Positions 23,735 through 36,669 of a stretch of DNA of 64,000 nt are shown piece by piece. The position numbers and the translations under genes are program-made. The stretch is taken from positions 46,130,001 through 46,194,000 of the forward strand of contig NC_058368.1 in the NCBI RefSeq assembly GCF_018350175.1, in the 5' to 3' direction. How positions within the stretch are numbered: position 1 is the first letter of the stretch; every line of letters starts with the position of its first letter. Below the pieces are notes generated by a model, which had not been told where the DNA came from, searched no databases, and was given only the letters and a program-made list of their open reading frames with translations. The DNA comes from Felis catus (Eukaryota).

Positions 23735-25262
23735 AACCATTAACTCCCACTAACAGTTAAACTCCCAGCAAAGACTGCCACACTGCAAGCTTCCCGTCAC
23801 CTACTTTCTTCCCCCAGCTCCACAGTGGCCTTAAAAACCAGCAGTCTCAGAATAACAGCAGCTATGAAAAACAGCAGCCTGGCAGCCTTTGGAGGAGGAA
23901 TAAGAAGTTTGGAGCTCCTTCCCAAAAACCCATGCCCAGAGGATTCTCATTATTTGCCCTGAAAGCTCCTAAAAGCTTCATTCACAGAGCTTGTCATTAC
24001 TTCTGACTCAGTGAGGAAAACCCCATCCTCAGCGGGCGGGGGAAAAAAAAAGCAGTATCAGTTGTGTAACATTGCTTCTGCCCAATGCAGTGATGCCAGC
24101 TGAGCAAGAATGGACAAAAATAAATAAGTTAATACATACATACATACATACATACATACATACATACATACATACATAGAAAGGAAAATCAGGGGAATAA
24201 AATGTTCATAGCAGACTGAGAAGTTGTCACATTTTGGATTGATCTAGAAGTTCCTGTGGTTGTATGGGGGATGTGTTTCAGGCCCAGGAAAGAGCTAAGA
24301 AGGCCTTGATTTTTCACTTCTAGCTGACGCCAAGGCTATGCACCAGCTGGAACTGAAGGCTGAGGCAAGTTGTGAACTATCAGAATGTGGAAGTTGTGCT
24401 TCAACACACACATAGTCCTTATGCAAAGAGTGGAAAACCTAGTGGTTTAAAGCATTTCAGGAAGGTCTAATCATAAGCTGACTGCTAAGCTACTAAGCAG
24501 TGATTTAAAAGCAACAGATGACAAATAATACAGATTTTAGAGAATTAGTCCAAGAATACTACTAAAATACAAGGGCAAAAACAAAGAGCAATAAAATCAA
24601 GTCTTGGGGAGCAGAGAGACTCTGACTCCATTTTTGCTCAATTATGTTATTCAAAATGTCCAGTGTCTAATTTTCAACAAATAATGATGACACATGCAAA
24701 GAAACAGTAAAGTATGGCTCATAGTCAGGAAAATAGAATAGAAATTGTCCCTAAGGAAGCCTAGATGTTGGATTTACTAGACAAAGACTTTAGCTATTAA
24801 AAATATGTTTAAAAATGGAGGGAAGCCATATCTGAAGAATTAAATGTTTCACCAGATAGAGACTAGCGAATAAAAAGAGGCAGTCATTACAACAAGGGAC
24901 CAAAGAGAAATTCTGGAATTAAAAGAGTATAATAACTTAAATAAAAAAAATTCACTGGAGGGGGCTAAGATCATATGTAAGGTGAGAGATAAAAGAATTA
25001 CTGAACTTATAAAATAGGTCAATTAGATTTTCCAGTCTGAGGAACAGAAAGAGAGAAAAGAATTTTTAAAAAATAAAATAAACAAAGACCTGGCAGACAC
25101 CATCAGAATACCAACACATACTTACTGGAAGTCCCATAAGAGGAGAGAAAGGGCAGAAGGAGTATTTGTAGAAATAATGGCTTCCAATGTTCCTAATATA
25201 ATGACAAATATCCCGGAAGCTAAAGAAACTAGGGGTAGGATAAACTCAAATAAACTGACACC
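23735..25262 (+). mobile_element. Old L1 5' UTR plus ORF1 relic (L1M4-like)
   Basis: 'aaaacagcagcctggcagcc', 'aggaagcctagatgttggatttactagacaaagacttt', 'ccagtctgaggaacagaaaga', 'ggagagaaaggggcagaa'-like ORF1 motifs. Confidence 0.75.
24132..24178. repeat. (ATAC)n tetranucleotide repeat
   Basis: Directly visible. Confidence 0.95.
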
Positions 25263-26963
25263 TTTGCCATGGTTCTCAAGTGAGAACAAAGTTTATTCCT
25301 CAAGAATAGAGCTTTCTGGGTGGTTGCACATGTTTGCAAGCTTCAGGCACTATATTTATTCTTTTTAGGAAAAGTGCAGTTGACTCACATAGATGTCCCC
25401 TGGTTCTAGTGACTTTCTAAACTGCAAGCAAAAGCATCAGCAAAGAAGACTCTAATGGAACAGTGAAGGTGATAGAAAAGCAAGAGAAGTTTTATGGAAG
25501 CTGAAGAAAAGACAGCCCACAAGATGGTAACACTCAAAGGCTTTAAGTGCAGGGAAACCTATGAACCTGTCGAACTTTGTATTACGGAGAAATGTGGCCC
25601 TATTTACAGATGTGTTTGTAACAGAATTTTATGATGGCTTATACAAAGTGCCAGAAATAATGAAATGTTCATTATTCTGCAGGCACCAGACTTCTCTGGC
25701 AAAGATTTTGCCTGCATGTAATCTCATGATAGTTCAATTTCCATGAATTATATGGCTGGCCTAACTGGCTGTTAAAAACCTAGAAAATAAGCTAGCTGCT
25801 AGACGGTAATGGCACCACCTAGAATCAGTGTAAACACTTAAAAATCAGAAACACAAGGCTGAACAAAAAGGATCATCAAATGTAAAATTACTTGATAATT
25901 ATTCATAATTTATACATTAAAAATTATGTTAGATATAACAAGCTTTACTGTCAGAATTCTTTAGCTCTACCTAGAATATGTTGACTTTACCCTAAAACAG
26001 GTTGTTAAATTGAGCACAATTTATTGTCTGTGGAAGGTGCTAAAATTTTTTCAGTCCATGACATTTATGTGTACACTCTCCTCCCTACATAAACGTGTTA
26101 AACATAACCCAAAGTGTATTGCCAAATATAAAATTTCTGTTTTTCTCTATAGCTCTCCTGGGAGTAATGATATGTCTTCATTTCATTGACTCCTGTAGTG
26201 AAGAGCAAGACCGTGCACTGTGGATACGTCTGAATGAAAAGTTTGATAGTGGAAGCCTATTCTGTTTAGACGGTAAAAAATATTTCTTCATTTTTTTTTA
26301 TTTTAGTTTGCCCATCTGTACTAAGAGCACACTAACTCTGAACTTGGGACACATAAAATGTTTGCAGATATCAGATAGGAAACAAAAGGTCAAAAGGCAA
26401 ATGCATGTGTCATGTTTTGGTTCTTCAAGTGCCCTGTGCTGGCAACTTGCAGGAGCACCGGATATCCAACCCCCAGAGGACACTAGACCTTGTACAAGAA
26501 AATCCTACGGAAAAATGTGCAAAAGAGAAAAATCTGATAAATAAACTGCTCTTTCATTTGATTTCGTTTCATTTTTGTCTCTGGTCAGAAGACAAATATT
26601 ATTTGGGGAGCTTACGATGCACAGTTTAGCTGACCAGACAAGGTATTAGCTTCCACGACAATATTACTTACATGTTAATGTTACTGCAATACATGAAACA
26701 TCTGATTTCTAAGAAATGGGAAGTCACTATAGAATCTAAAAGTTTGTTTTCTTAAACATGCAAGTGCCTTAGTCTGTATTTCTACATTTGGAATAGTTTA
26801 GGTAAAAATAATTAGGCTCAGCCATAAATCTAATATCTGATCACTAATCTATTGCATACCTGTAAATGAAAGAACTATTTGCTGACTCTTGTTTTCCCTG
26901 AATCGAGTCTGTCAGAGAGATGTATTAGCTCATACAGGCTACTCAAGTGCTGTTAAAAAGACA

Positions 26964-26964
<1 letters not shown>

Positions 26965-27010
<46 letters not shown>
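26965..27010. repeat. (AAC)n trinucleotide repeat
   Basis: Directly visible, about 15 units. Confidence 0.95.
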
Positions 27011-27011
<1 letters not shown>

Positions 27012-28119
27012 AAACTGCTAGATTAGTGCTGGAGGATTTTAGTCACTTTCTCTGAAACACAGACTACACTTTCCAAAGTACTCAGTTCAGTCCATTCTCA
27101 TGTGTAGTGAAAATAAATGCCCTCCTTTCTTTGCACTATCAAAGATCCCCTGGTTCTCTCTAGCCTGCAACATTATCCTACACTTCCAAATTCCTTAGTC
27201 TCACTGTACTCTCCAGCTTCATCTCTGGCTATCTCACTACCACCACCATTCCCTACCAGGTGCATTGTTCCCTGGTGTGTGGTGCTGTTTCACAACGTCT
27301 TGGCTCTTCACTGTGCTTTCTGATGTCCAGGAAGCCCTTCCCTGTCCTTTACTCCATCTCCATCAACCACTTATGAAATCTCCCAAGTAGACTTAGCAAT
27401 ACTCTTTTGAGTATGTCTAGGACTTTTCTGAATGATGACATACACAGCAGACAGGAAGAAATGCCCCAAAATCTAGGTAACATTAGAATGCTAAGCCAGA
27501 GATCAGGAGACAAAGACTGATCCCTAAAACATCACAGGCCCATATCTAAGAAAATGTCTTAGTGGTGATGACTGTGTTCAATTGTCCCTGATCCTTCCAC
27601 TCTCTTGGATATTTTGTGTTTCCCACTCCAGACCCCAACCCAAACTTCCTTAGCTTTGTAGTCTTTCATACAGCAGACTTATGACTCTTCTGGAATCAAT
27701 ATTTATTTAAAGTTCTAACCTCATCGGTCTTGCCCTGTGTTAGCTGATTGCTAACTAGTTAATACAAGGGAGTCCTTACTAACATATGACTGGATATTTC
27801 TTGGTACAATGAGACAAACACCAACACAACCATGCCACAAAGTATTGCCAGATGTGTTTTAATCAGGGTCCTTCACTTGATTGAAGTACTTGTGGAGGTC
27901 ACAGTCAAGTTAGGACTGGCTATACCAGCATAGAGAAAACGTTCAGGAATAATTGCACCTCCCAGCTGTGAGTCTCCCCCATTGTTGTGCCAGGGTAAGA
28001 GGTAGCATTGACATATGAGACATATGAGTGAGTCCTATGAAAAGAAACACTGGAAAAATATAGGGACATTTAAGTTAGCCACTGCACAAGGAAAGTCTAA
28101 ATGTCCTGAAAAATTATAG

Positions 28120-28250
28120 CCCTTCCCAACTTTGACAATATTCCTAAAATTTACATGACACTACCTGTAAGGAATTAGGAACCAGAAAGAAGTTTTTCTA
28201 AACTCCAAAGAAGAAAATGCACATGTTGACCAACCACAAAGAAGACTGGT
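28120..28250 (+). mobile_element. hAT transposase C-terminal dimerisation-domain relic (Tip100/Zaphod-like)
   Basis: With a frameshift it reads FPTLTI.LK.YMTLPV....ERSFSKL, matching the hATC motif FPxL..LKI..TLPV.S..AERSFS.L. Confidence 0.7.
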
Positions 28251-28669
28251 CTTGAGAAATAGCCAGCAGGGGAGGAGTAAGAGACATTTTATTTAAAATA
28301 TGAAAAGATATGAGGCATCTCACACAAATATATCAAAGTATTGGAACTAAAATGCACATTTTCTATGTTCAAAATAATATATGTAATAAACATCTCTCAC
28401 CCATTCATCTCATTCTTGACTCTCCACCTCCACTTCCCAGATAACACACATGAAGAGGTAAGACTCAGGTAAGAGATGGGTAGAGGTCTAATAAAGGGGG
28501 AATTTTAGAGGGAGATTAGATTGGAGTCTTTTGTATGCTTCACTTGATTCTTTAAAAGGCTGAAATCTAACCAGTTTGCTTTATATAAATCAAAATGTCA
28601 CAGACCTCAAAATAGCAATGTCAAATTGTCATATACAAATGAAAATAAAAGTTATTTACCTGCGACTTA

Positions 28670-29390
28670 TTTTATAAAGTTTATTATAGCTATTCCACTC
28701 TCAAAAAGGTGAAGCATGACTTCTCATTCCTTAATCATGGGTTGCACATAATGACTTCTTCCAAAAGAGAACAGTATGGAAAGTGGGAGGCATGATGAAG
28801 GGGCGTGGCTTTATAGTGGAGAAAACTTGACAAATGCAGTCTCACCCAGGTGACTACATGAACATCACCAGTGATACGGTATGTTGATAGTATGTACCCT
28901 TAATATGAAGTGATGAAAATGGCACTTTACCTCTTATGATCTTCCTTCCAACAACACATACCTAGAGTCTAATCATGAGAAAAATATCTGACAAATCCTA
29001 ACTGAGGGATATACTACAAAACACCTGACCGGTAAATCTCAAAACTGTCAAGGTCATTAAAAACAAGAAAAGTCTAAGAAGCTGTCACAACCAAGGGAGC
29101 CTAAGAAAACAAAAGGATTAAATTTATTTTGGCATATATGATAAGATCCTAGAATGGGCAAAGGACCTTAAGCTAAAAACTAAAGAAATATGAATAAAGT
29201 ATGGACTTTTGTGAATAATAATGTGTTGGTTCATTAATTATAATAAATGTACTATACTAATATAAGATGGTAGTAATAGAGAAGACAATGTAAGACACAT
29301 GGAAACTCTTTGTTATTATCCACGCAATTTTTCTGTAAATCTAAAACTGTTCTTAAAGAGTTTATTTATCAAAAAACCTTTAAACAAAAT
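28670..29390 (+). mobile_element. L1MC/L1MD-type 3' UTR
   Basis: 'gatagtatgtaccctt...aatggcactttacctc...gtctaatcatgagaaaa...ctcaaaactgtcaaggtc...tctgtaaatctaaaactgttct'. Confidence 0.85.
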
Positions 29391-29525
29391 GTAAAGAAAA
29401 TCAACCTCTAATCATGTTTGCAGATCTTCAATAAACTATTAATATAATGTCGGTCAAGTTCTTTCTTTGTTCAGGTGAGTTATATAGAAGAATTGTGAAG
29501 GGGTTACATTAAAAATGGTACTCAA

Positions 29526-29651
29526 GAGGCACCTGGATGGCTCAGTTGGTTGAGCATCTAACTCTTGATTTTGCCTCAGGTCATGATCTGATGGTCGTGA
29601 GATCAAGCCCAGCATTGGGCCCTGCACTGACAGCATGAAGCCTGCTTGGAA

Positions 29652-29704
<53 letters not shown>

Positions 29705-29718
29705 CCTCCCTCCCTCTC

Positions 29719-29771
<53 letters not shown>

Positions 29772-29787
29772 ATAAATAAACTTAAAA
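29526..29787 (+). mobile_element. Carnivore SINE with expanded (CT)n
   Basis: SINEC head, about 110-nt pyrimidine tract, 'aaaataaataaac'. Confidence 0.92.
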
Positions 29788-30844
29788 AGTTTTATTATTT
29801 TATCATCCTATTTTTTATAGTTCTGCCCAAAATTGTATTATACACCCCTACTAACTTACAAAAAAAAAAACTGATACACAGATCAAAAAATAAAACTGTA
29901 CAATTTACTTTATTGAAGGTCTCAATTATACCTCGAATAAAGACTTTGTAATTTTCTTACTAGAATGAATAATAAAAAGATCTTCTTTGGATTGATAATA
30001 AATTAGGTTAATTAAAACTGTACTTAACGTTCTAGCTATAAAATGACAAAGGCTTTAAAATAAAATAACAAAAGTATATATCTAGTACATTATTGTTTCT
30101 TTTCAGTGTATTGAAGCTTTGGCCTTAATCCAAAAATATCACCTTTGTTAAACACAATTTCAACACTCTACTTTGGGAATTATCTTCAGAACCTCTCTCT
30201 GATTTTAGTATCTTTAGTCTCAGAGAATTTTCTCCTTGAGTAGTTAGGTTTAATTTTTAAAACTGTCAACATCTCCTTCAAAATAAAGTTTTGCAGTACG
30301 TTTGAGGACTTAAATAAATAATATAATTGACGAAAAAAAAGACAGATGTGAGTATGTGTGTGTGTTACAATTACCTCAAGAGTTCTGATTATTTTATGCA
30401 ATTAGCTCATAAATGAAGAGAGGGGATTTCTTCCCAAGACAGCTTCTTTAAAATAAAACTATCAATTTTGCTATTTATATTATTAGCCATTTTTTATATG
30501 CTCCTCACATAGATGTACTATTCTGGAAACATTCAGCCAAATTGATATACTGAAGTTCTAAAAACACAGAAGTTTCACATTCTGATAATTTCTACATTCC
30601 TGGTCATTTGTAAATAGATTGTGGTGAATTAATCTGGCCACAGTTTTGGACACATTCTCCATGATTGCATTTGTATTGAACTAAGCAAAAAATACTGATG
30701 AACCTTTAGAAAGTCATGACAAAATAAAAATGAAAAGACTGCTGCGATAGATTTATAGGTAGAATCTTACTGATAGATCATGAAGACAGTTTTTGTTATA
30801 ATTTAAAAAATTCAATAAGTGAAATAAAGAGAATCATTTCAATG

Positions 30845-31077
30845 TTTTTTCTTTAATGTTTATTTATTTTTGAGAGAAAGACAGAAAGAGTGTAAGCATG
30901 GCAGACAGAGAGAGGGAGACAGAATCAGAAGCAGACTCCAGGCTCTGAGCTGTCAGCACAGAGCCCAACGTGGGGCTCAAACTCAGGGCTCAAACTCGGG
31001 GATCCAATTTACGGACCATGAGATCATGACCTGAGCTGAAGTCAGACACTCAACCGACTGAGCCACCCAGCCACCCC
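30845..31077 (-). mobile_element. Feliform SINE with internal tandem repeat
   Basis: TSD aagag(a/t)atcatttcaa at 30827-30842 and 31078-31093. Confidence 0.93.
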
Positions 31078-31526
31078 AAGAGTATCATTTCAAAAACAAA
31101 ATGCTAAGTGTTAAAAAAAACAGTGATAACACTATAGCTATCTTTACATTTTTTAAGCGGAGTTACTTAACATAATTGTTTAATCAAGAACAGATAAACT
31201 GTACATAATCTCACACTCAGAGACTTCATCTAGTCTAAGCTGAAGGGACATGCCTGATGTAGTAAGGAACAATCACCAACAGGGAACATCACTGCTGTCC
31301 CAGAACCCTCTCAACTTCAACCACGCTGTTTGATTTCACGCATTCTTGAGATGATTGGTAACACTTCTTCTGAGTAGGATCTCTGATTTGTGTAAATCTG
31401 ATTTGTGAATCCAATTCAGTATATTAGCTCAAGTTGAAAAAGAAACAAACCAAAGAGCCAAAAAAAAAAAAAAAAAAAAGATTGAAGCCAGGAGAGGCAA
31501 AAAGATTTTTAAAATTATAGAAAATT

Positions 31527-31739
31527 GGGGCACTGGGATGGCTCAGTTGGTTAAGCATCCGACTTCAGCTCAGGTCATGATCTCACCGTTCCTGGGTTCA
31601 AGCCCCACGTTGGGCTCTGTGCTGACAGTGCAAAGCCTAGACCCTGTTTCAGATTCTATGTCTCCCTCTCTTCTTCCCCTCCCCCACTTGTGCTCTTTCT
31701 CTTTCAAAAACAAATAAACATTAAAAAATTTTTTAAATA
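31527..31739 (+). mobile_element. Feliform SINE
   Basis: TSD aaaatta(t/c)agaaaa at 31511-31524 and 31740-31753. Confidence 0.92.
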
Positions 31740-32068
31740 AAAATTACAGAAAACAGTGTAAGGGATATCTGGAAAATGGTCTAAAACATTGCAAAAGGGA
31801 GTAGAGATAATGCAGCAATTAAATATTGGAAGAAATAACAGCTGATCATATTTCAAAATTGACAAAGTCCATCAAGCTACAGATCCCAGAAGTTCTATGA
31901 ACACAAATCTCAACAAAACAAAGAAAATCATGCCTATAATGTTTGAAAAACAAAGACAAAGAAAATATTCTAAAAGCTAGAGAAAATGGATACATTGTCT
32001 TCAAAGTATCAACAGCAATACTAACAGCTAAAATTCCCACAGAAATTAAGACATAGAAATGACATTTT

Positions 32069-32288
32069 TATTTTTATAATTTCTTTAATGTTTATATATT
32101 TTGTATGTGTGTGTGAGAGAGAGACAGAGATAGGGAGAGAGACAATCCCAGGAAGGTTCCAAGCTCCAGTGCGGAGCCCGATGGGGGGATGGAAGGGTGG
32201 CCTTGATCTCATGAACCGTGGTGAGATCATGACCTGAGCTGAAATCAAGAGTCGGACACTCAATAGACTGAACCACCCAGGTGCCTTT
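32069..32288 (-). mobile_element. Carnivore SINE
   Basis: TSD gaaatgacatttt at 32056-32068 and 32289-32301. Confidence 0.92.
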
Positions 32289-33109
32289 GAAATGACATTT
32301 TCACTGTGTGAAAATAAAATAACTTCCAATTGAGATTCTTATCTGCAGTAAAAAATATCCTTCCAAAAATGAAAGTCAAATTCATTCTAAGATAAACAAC
32401 TAAAAAAATTTGTCAACTATAGACCTCACTGCAAGTGATAGGAGTTCTTCAGGTAGAAGAGATATATTCTCAGATCAAATAAGAACAGAAAATAAAAACA
32501 AAAATGATAAATTTATGAATATTTAATGAATATTTAAAGCACAAGCCCCTTGTCACGTAAAGTGTATGTGTAGAGCAGATGTAGAATGATATCGAATATA
32601 TTACTATATAGTTTTAAGCATGGAAGACAGATTCCATGATTGATTCAGAATAGTATAGAAAAGAAAGAAATGGAATATGAGGAAGTTCAAAGGATGACAG
32701 AACATTTTAATGTATCTAATAAATCAGCAAACAACGGAAATAGTAAGATTTGATTTAACAAACCTGGGAAATGGGAATTTGTTTTAGATTATTCTCTATG
32801 ATTACAGGAGACATCAATCGGTTAGGAAGTTAGCTTCAGCAACATCAGGAAGTCACAGACCTAGAGTCATCCCAGTGCCAAAGTCCTCAATGTTCACCTT
32901 CTGTGTGTCTGCCCCTGAGCCACTGCAGAAAATCACCTCCAGTCCAGAAAATCACTCCACATGTATGTTGGTTTAATTTGTAATCATGAAAGCAGGTATT
33001 ACTGCTTAACTTTTTAGTGATGTTTCCCACCTATTCAAAGAGCACCTGACACAGAGTTGACATTGGAATATTATTACACAAAGAGTGATTATATAGATAG
33101 TGGGTATCC

Positions 33110-34945
33110 TATCCATAGTCTCACCCCAAATGTGTTTTCCTCCTCATCTTCACCAATTTCCTCATTTTCCATAATTCAACCTCCAAACCTGTCTACTGTT
33201 GTTTCCATCTTTGCCTTCTTTCCTTCTGATTTAATGCAAGTATTTCTTTCAAAGCTCAATCATCTCACTTGACCTACGGATCCTATTCCCTCATGCTTTC
33301 TTGTGGACTTACCTTCTTTTTGTTACATTCAAAACCAGGACTTTCCCCGTCTTTAACAAATAATTTCCATTATTTTAGAAAAATGACCCAGTATCTCTAA
33401 AATTTGAAAACAAGGTCCCATGATCTCCTCAGGGTCCACCAGCCACAACCTCATTCTGTGGTTATTCTTAATGAACACACTTCCAACAACCGTTACTTCA
33501 TCCCCTTTCTTACCTGCATTCACACTTTACCCTCTCAAATCTGATTTCCTGCTTAACACTCAATGGAAACAGCTCTTTTCCTATTCAGCAATGTGCAAAC
33601 TGTTGTCACATTCAAAAATACTATTTCTCTGTATCCTTGTCATTCAGAATCATTCTATCATTTGAAACAGATCATTATTCGCTTTTATATTCCATGAGCT
33701 CACTCTCTGCTATGTAACAGATCACTTTTCTTCTCCTCTACCTGTCCTCCAAATACTGATGTTCTTTTTGACTCCCTGCTTACCTCTTACCATACCTTAT
33801 CATAAAGCTCTATGCCAATGTCTTCCAAATAATTCCCTATTCCAGTTTTCTTCTTTGAGTTACAAAAGCTCATATCCACCTGGCTTAGTTTGGCCTCTTC
33901 ATTTGGAGAAAACATTTTCAAATGTAAAGCGTTCAAAATTAAATCATTTATTTCACAAAAGCTCCAAACTCCCCTCCCCATAGGAATTCCCAATTCCTCC
34001 TAGTCCAAGTCACTCCTACACTTCCCAGTAAATCAGCCTTTACTTCTCAGTAAATGGATACCACCTTCCACCTAATTGCTCAAGTCAGAAACCTGGGAGT
34101 CACTGTTCACTCTTTTCTTTTGTTTAGTCTTCTTATAAGATATTAGCATTTTCTATGAATTCTATCTCATTAATTATCTGCCATTGCTCTACTTTATGTT
34201 TCATCACCAGTTCCTAATTTAAGTTAATGTCACCCATTGTTTTTCCAGACTTACTCTTTCAGCCTTTGCCTGGCCTTCCCACTTTCACACATTTCCTCTT
34301 CCATTTCCTTCTCCAAAAAGAGTGATCTTTAAAGTCCTAAGTAGGATCATGTCATTTCCCTGCTGAAATGATATTCCAGTGTTCTTAGGATAAATTCTAA
34401 TTTTTAAATGGGTCTCAAAGTGCTAAATAATCTTACTACAAATGATCTTTCCAGTCTCATCTTAAATATTTGCCACTGTCAATATCTAGGTACACCATTA
34501 TCCTTTAAGTACTTCTAATAAAAAAAAAGTCTTTCCCAATTCAGGACCATTGCACATGCTTTTCCTGCTTTCAAGAATATTGATATCCTTACTCTTCAAT
34601 AGCTGACTTCTTCTCATCTTTCCATGTTTACCTTAACTGTCATCTCTTCAATGAAGCTTTGGCTAATTACCCTATAGAAAGATAACTTTAATTTGCATAC
34701 AGGGCATTCAAGTATAAAAAGGGAGGAGAGTAAAACCAGGAGGTACAAAGAATCCAGTACAAAAAGGGAGTATTGCTTGATATACACTTATCCCTATTTA
34801 TGATTCTGGGGTTTTGTCCATTTTCTACATTAGAAAGTAGAGCGGGATCCACATTTTCCTTGTTCACGACTAATCACCAGCATTTGAATAATGGCTAAAA
34901 TATACTAAGTATATAGTAAATATGTGTTTCATGAATAAAATATAA
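33110..34945 (+). mobile_element. L2 LINE, long 3' fragment
   Basis: 'ctcaagtcagaaacctgggagtca', 'gatcatgtcatttccc', 'ttgcacatgct'; tail 'agtaaatatgtgtttcatgaat'. Confidence 0.8.
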
Positions 34946-35479
34946 AAGAAAGAATGAAAAGTGATTGAAGATTAATAAACATAAAAATCTCAGAAAATAA
35001 ATGATGCTTTATTTTCTATAATGCAAATTAAATAAAAATTTAAGTTTTCTTTTCTCTGTATCATGCAAAATATACATTCATATGAATACCTAGCTACTCT
35101 ATCTGATCTTTATTCAGGGAGTTGCTGTGACAATTTTGCCTGCATAATGGTCGAATAAAAATATAAAATAACAGATTTATTATCCCATCAGTAACTTGTA
35201 GGAAAGATGCAGGTATGCATCTCTTTAGATCCCAAACAGAACACCAGGCCTAAGCACTCACATTTTTGCAAACACACACACATGTGTGTGTGAGCGCATG
35301 TACACACACACAAACATACACACACACACACAAATGGTAACATGATATATACAAATGACCTGGAAGAGGAAGCAAATAATGTAGTAGCAGCCTTCACAAT
35401 CTGTCACTGACACACAATTACCTCGGTTAAGCAAAACAAGAAAGACTTTTGTATAACACTGGCAAGAGCAAACAAAGAT

Positions 35480-35780
35480 GGGTAATTGGTATTGGATGGC
35501 AGATGATTCACTGTAGACTCATGCAAGATATTGCACATTTAACTGAACAATGTAAATTATGTGTACATACTAATGGGTTCTAAATTAGCTGTAATTCCCA
35601 AAGAGAACATCCAGGTATTATTGTGAACAATTCAATGAAGATGTCAACTCAATGTTTAGTTGTGGGCAAAAAGGCAAGTAAGATGTTAGGTTGGGTTAAG
35701 ATCATAGAAACATCATCATGGGAAACATTCCATCAGTAAATAAACCAGTGATCACAGGCTACCTTGGGAAATGCATTCCC
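35480..35780 (+). mobile_element. Ancient CR1/L3 LINE ORF2 relic
   Basis: With frameshifts it reads WQM...VD.CKILH / LMGSKLAV / GIIVNNSMKMSTQCLVVGKKASKMLG, matching CR1 WQMKFNVDKCKVMH...GSKLAV...GVIVDSSLK.STQC....KKANRMLG. Confidence 0.8.
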
Positions 35781-36299
35781 TTGAGATAATGCCATGTCAA
35801 ATCCTCTGAAATTTCAAATTTCAATAAAGTTAATGTGTTGGATTTACGTCAGTTTTTAATTCTTAGGAAAATAAATAATTGGTTAAGAGGCATCACATTG
35901 TTTTACAAAACCATGATACAATATGCACAGTTCCTTGATAATCTACTAGTGTCAGAAAAAAAACTTACTATATATGAGATCGGGTAGATAATAAAGTAAG
36001 GAATAACATTCCTAATATTCAGGGGGGAGGAAAGAAAATCAAATGATGAGGACAGTTGTTAAGCAAGATGGGAGTTTGATGAGGTTGGTATGAGGCAAAC
36101 AAATCCAGTTTACTGTGTTATTTATCTCAAGATATCTTTCTTCAATTTTTTATAATTGTTTACTCATCCTGTCAAAAAATGTGAGCAAAAAACAGACTGT
36201 GAGGCTGTGCCTACATAATGCTAAAACAGCTAATGGAAAGCTAGAAAGCTCCCATAGTTCCTATATTTGCTTTAATTAGAGAAATTATAAAATCATATA

Positions 36300-36445
36300 G
36301 TAATTATTTGCTTCTGGTTCATCTCTTCCACTCTACAGTGAGTTATTCAAAAGCGAGACAATATTCAATAACGTATGCCTACGACTCCAGCTTCTGGCAT
36401 TTGGTGATCAATAAATGTTAGCTGGATGAATGAATTAATGAATGT
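36300..36445 (+). mobile_element. L2 3' tail
   Basis: Ends 'caataaatgttagctggatgaatgaattaatgaatg'. Confidence 0.65.
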
Positions 36446-36669
36446 GTTTACTTGCAAATGAATGAATTGGTTCATTTGCATACCACCAAGGAAAAACTGT
36501 CACTGCTTTCTGAGGTCTGAAATTATATTTCTCAGTGGGTAAATGAAATAGCTTGTAATCTAATAACTCTGTTATACAAATATTAAATACAAATATTAAA
36601 TACAGAGTATTCTGATGACCAAATAAATTATTAAGCTCTATACTTGTTTTACTTTTTGAACAGTATGTA

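Larger units (their letters stand above)
31400..32530 (+). mobile_element. Old L1 ORF1 relic with two SINE insertions
   Basis: 'atatttcaaaattgacaaag', 'caaagacaaagaaaatattctaaaagc', 'aaaatatccttccaaaaatgaaag', 'agacctcactgcaag' are ORF1-like motifs. Confidence 0.7.

Noticed and set aside
26095..26544. 149-aa ORF as a single-exon gene
   Set aside because: It starts with GTG, shows no recognisable full-length homology and reads through intron-like T-rich tracts. Only the internal exon-like part is kept as a lead.
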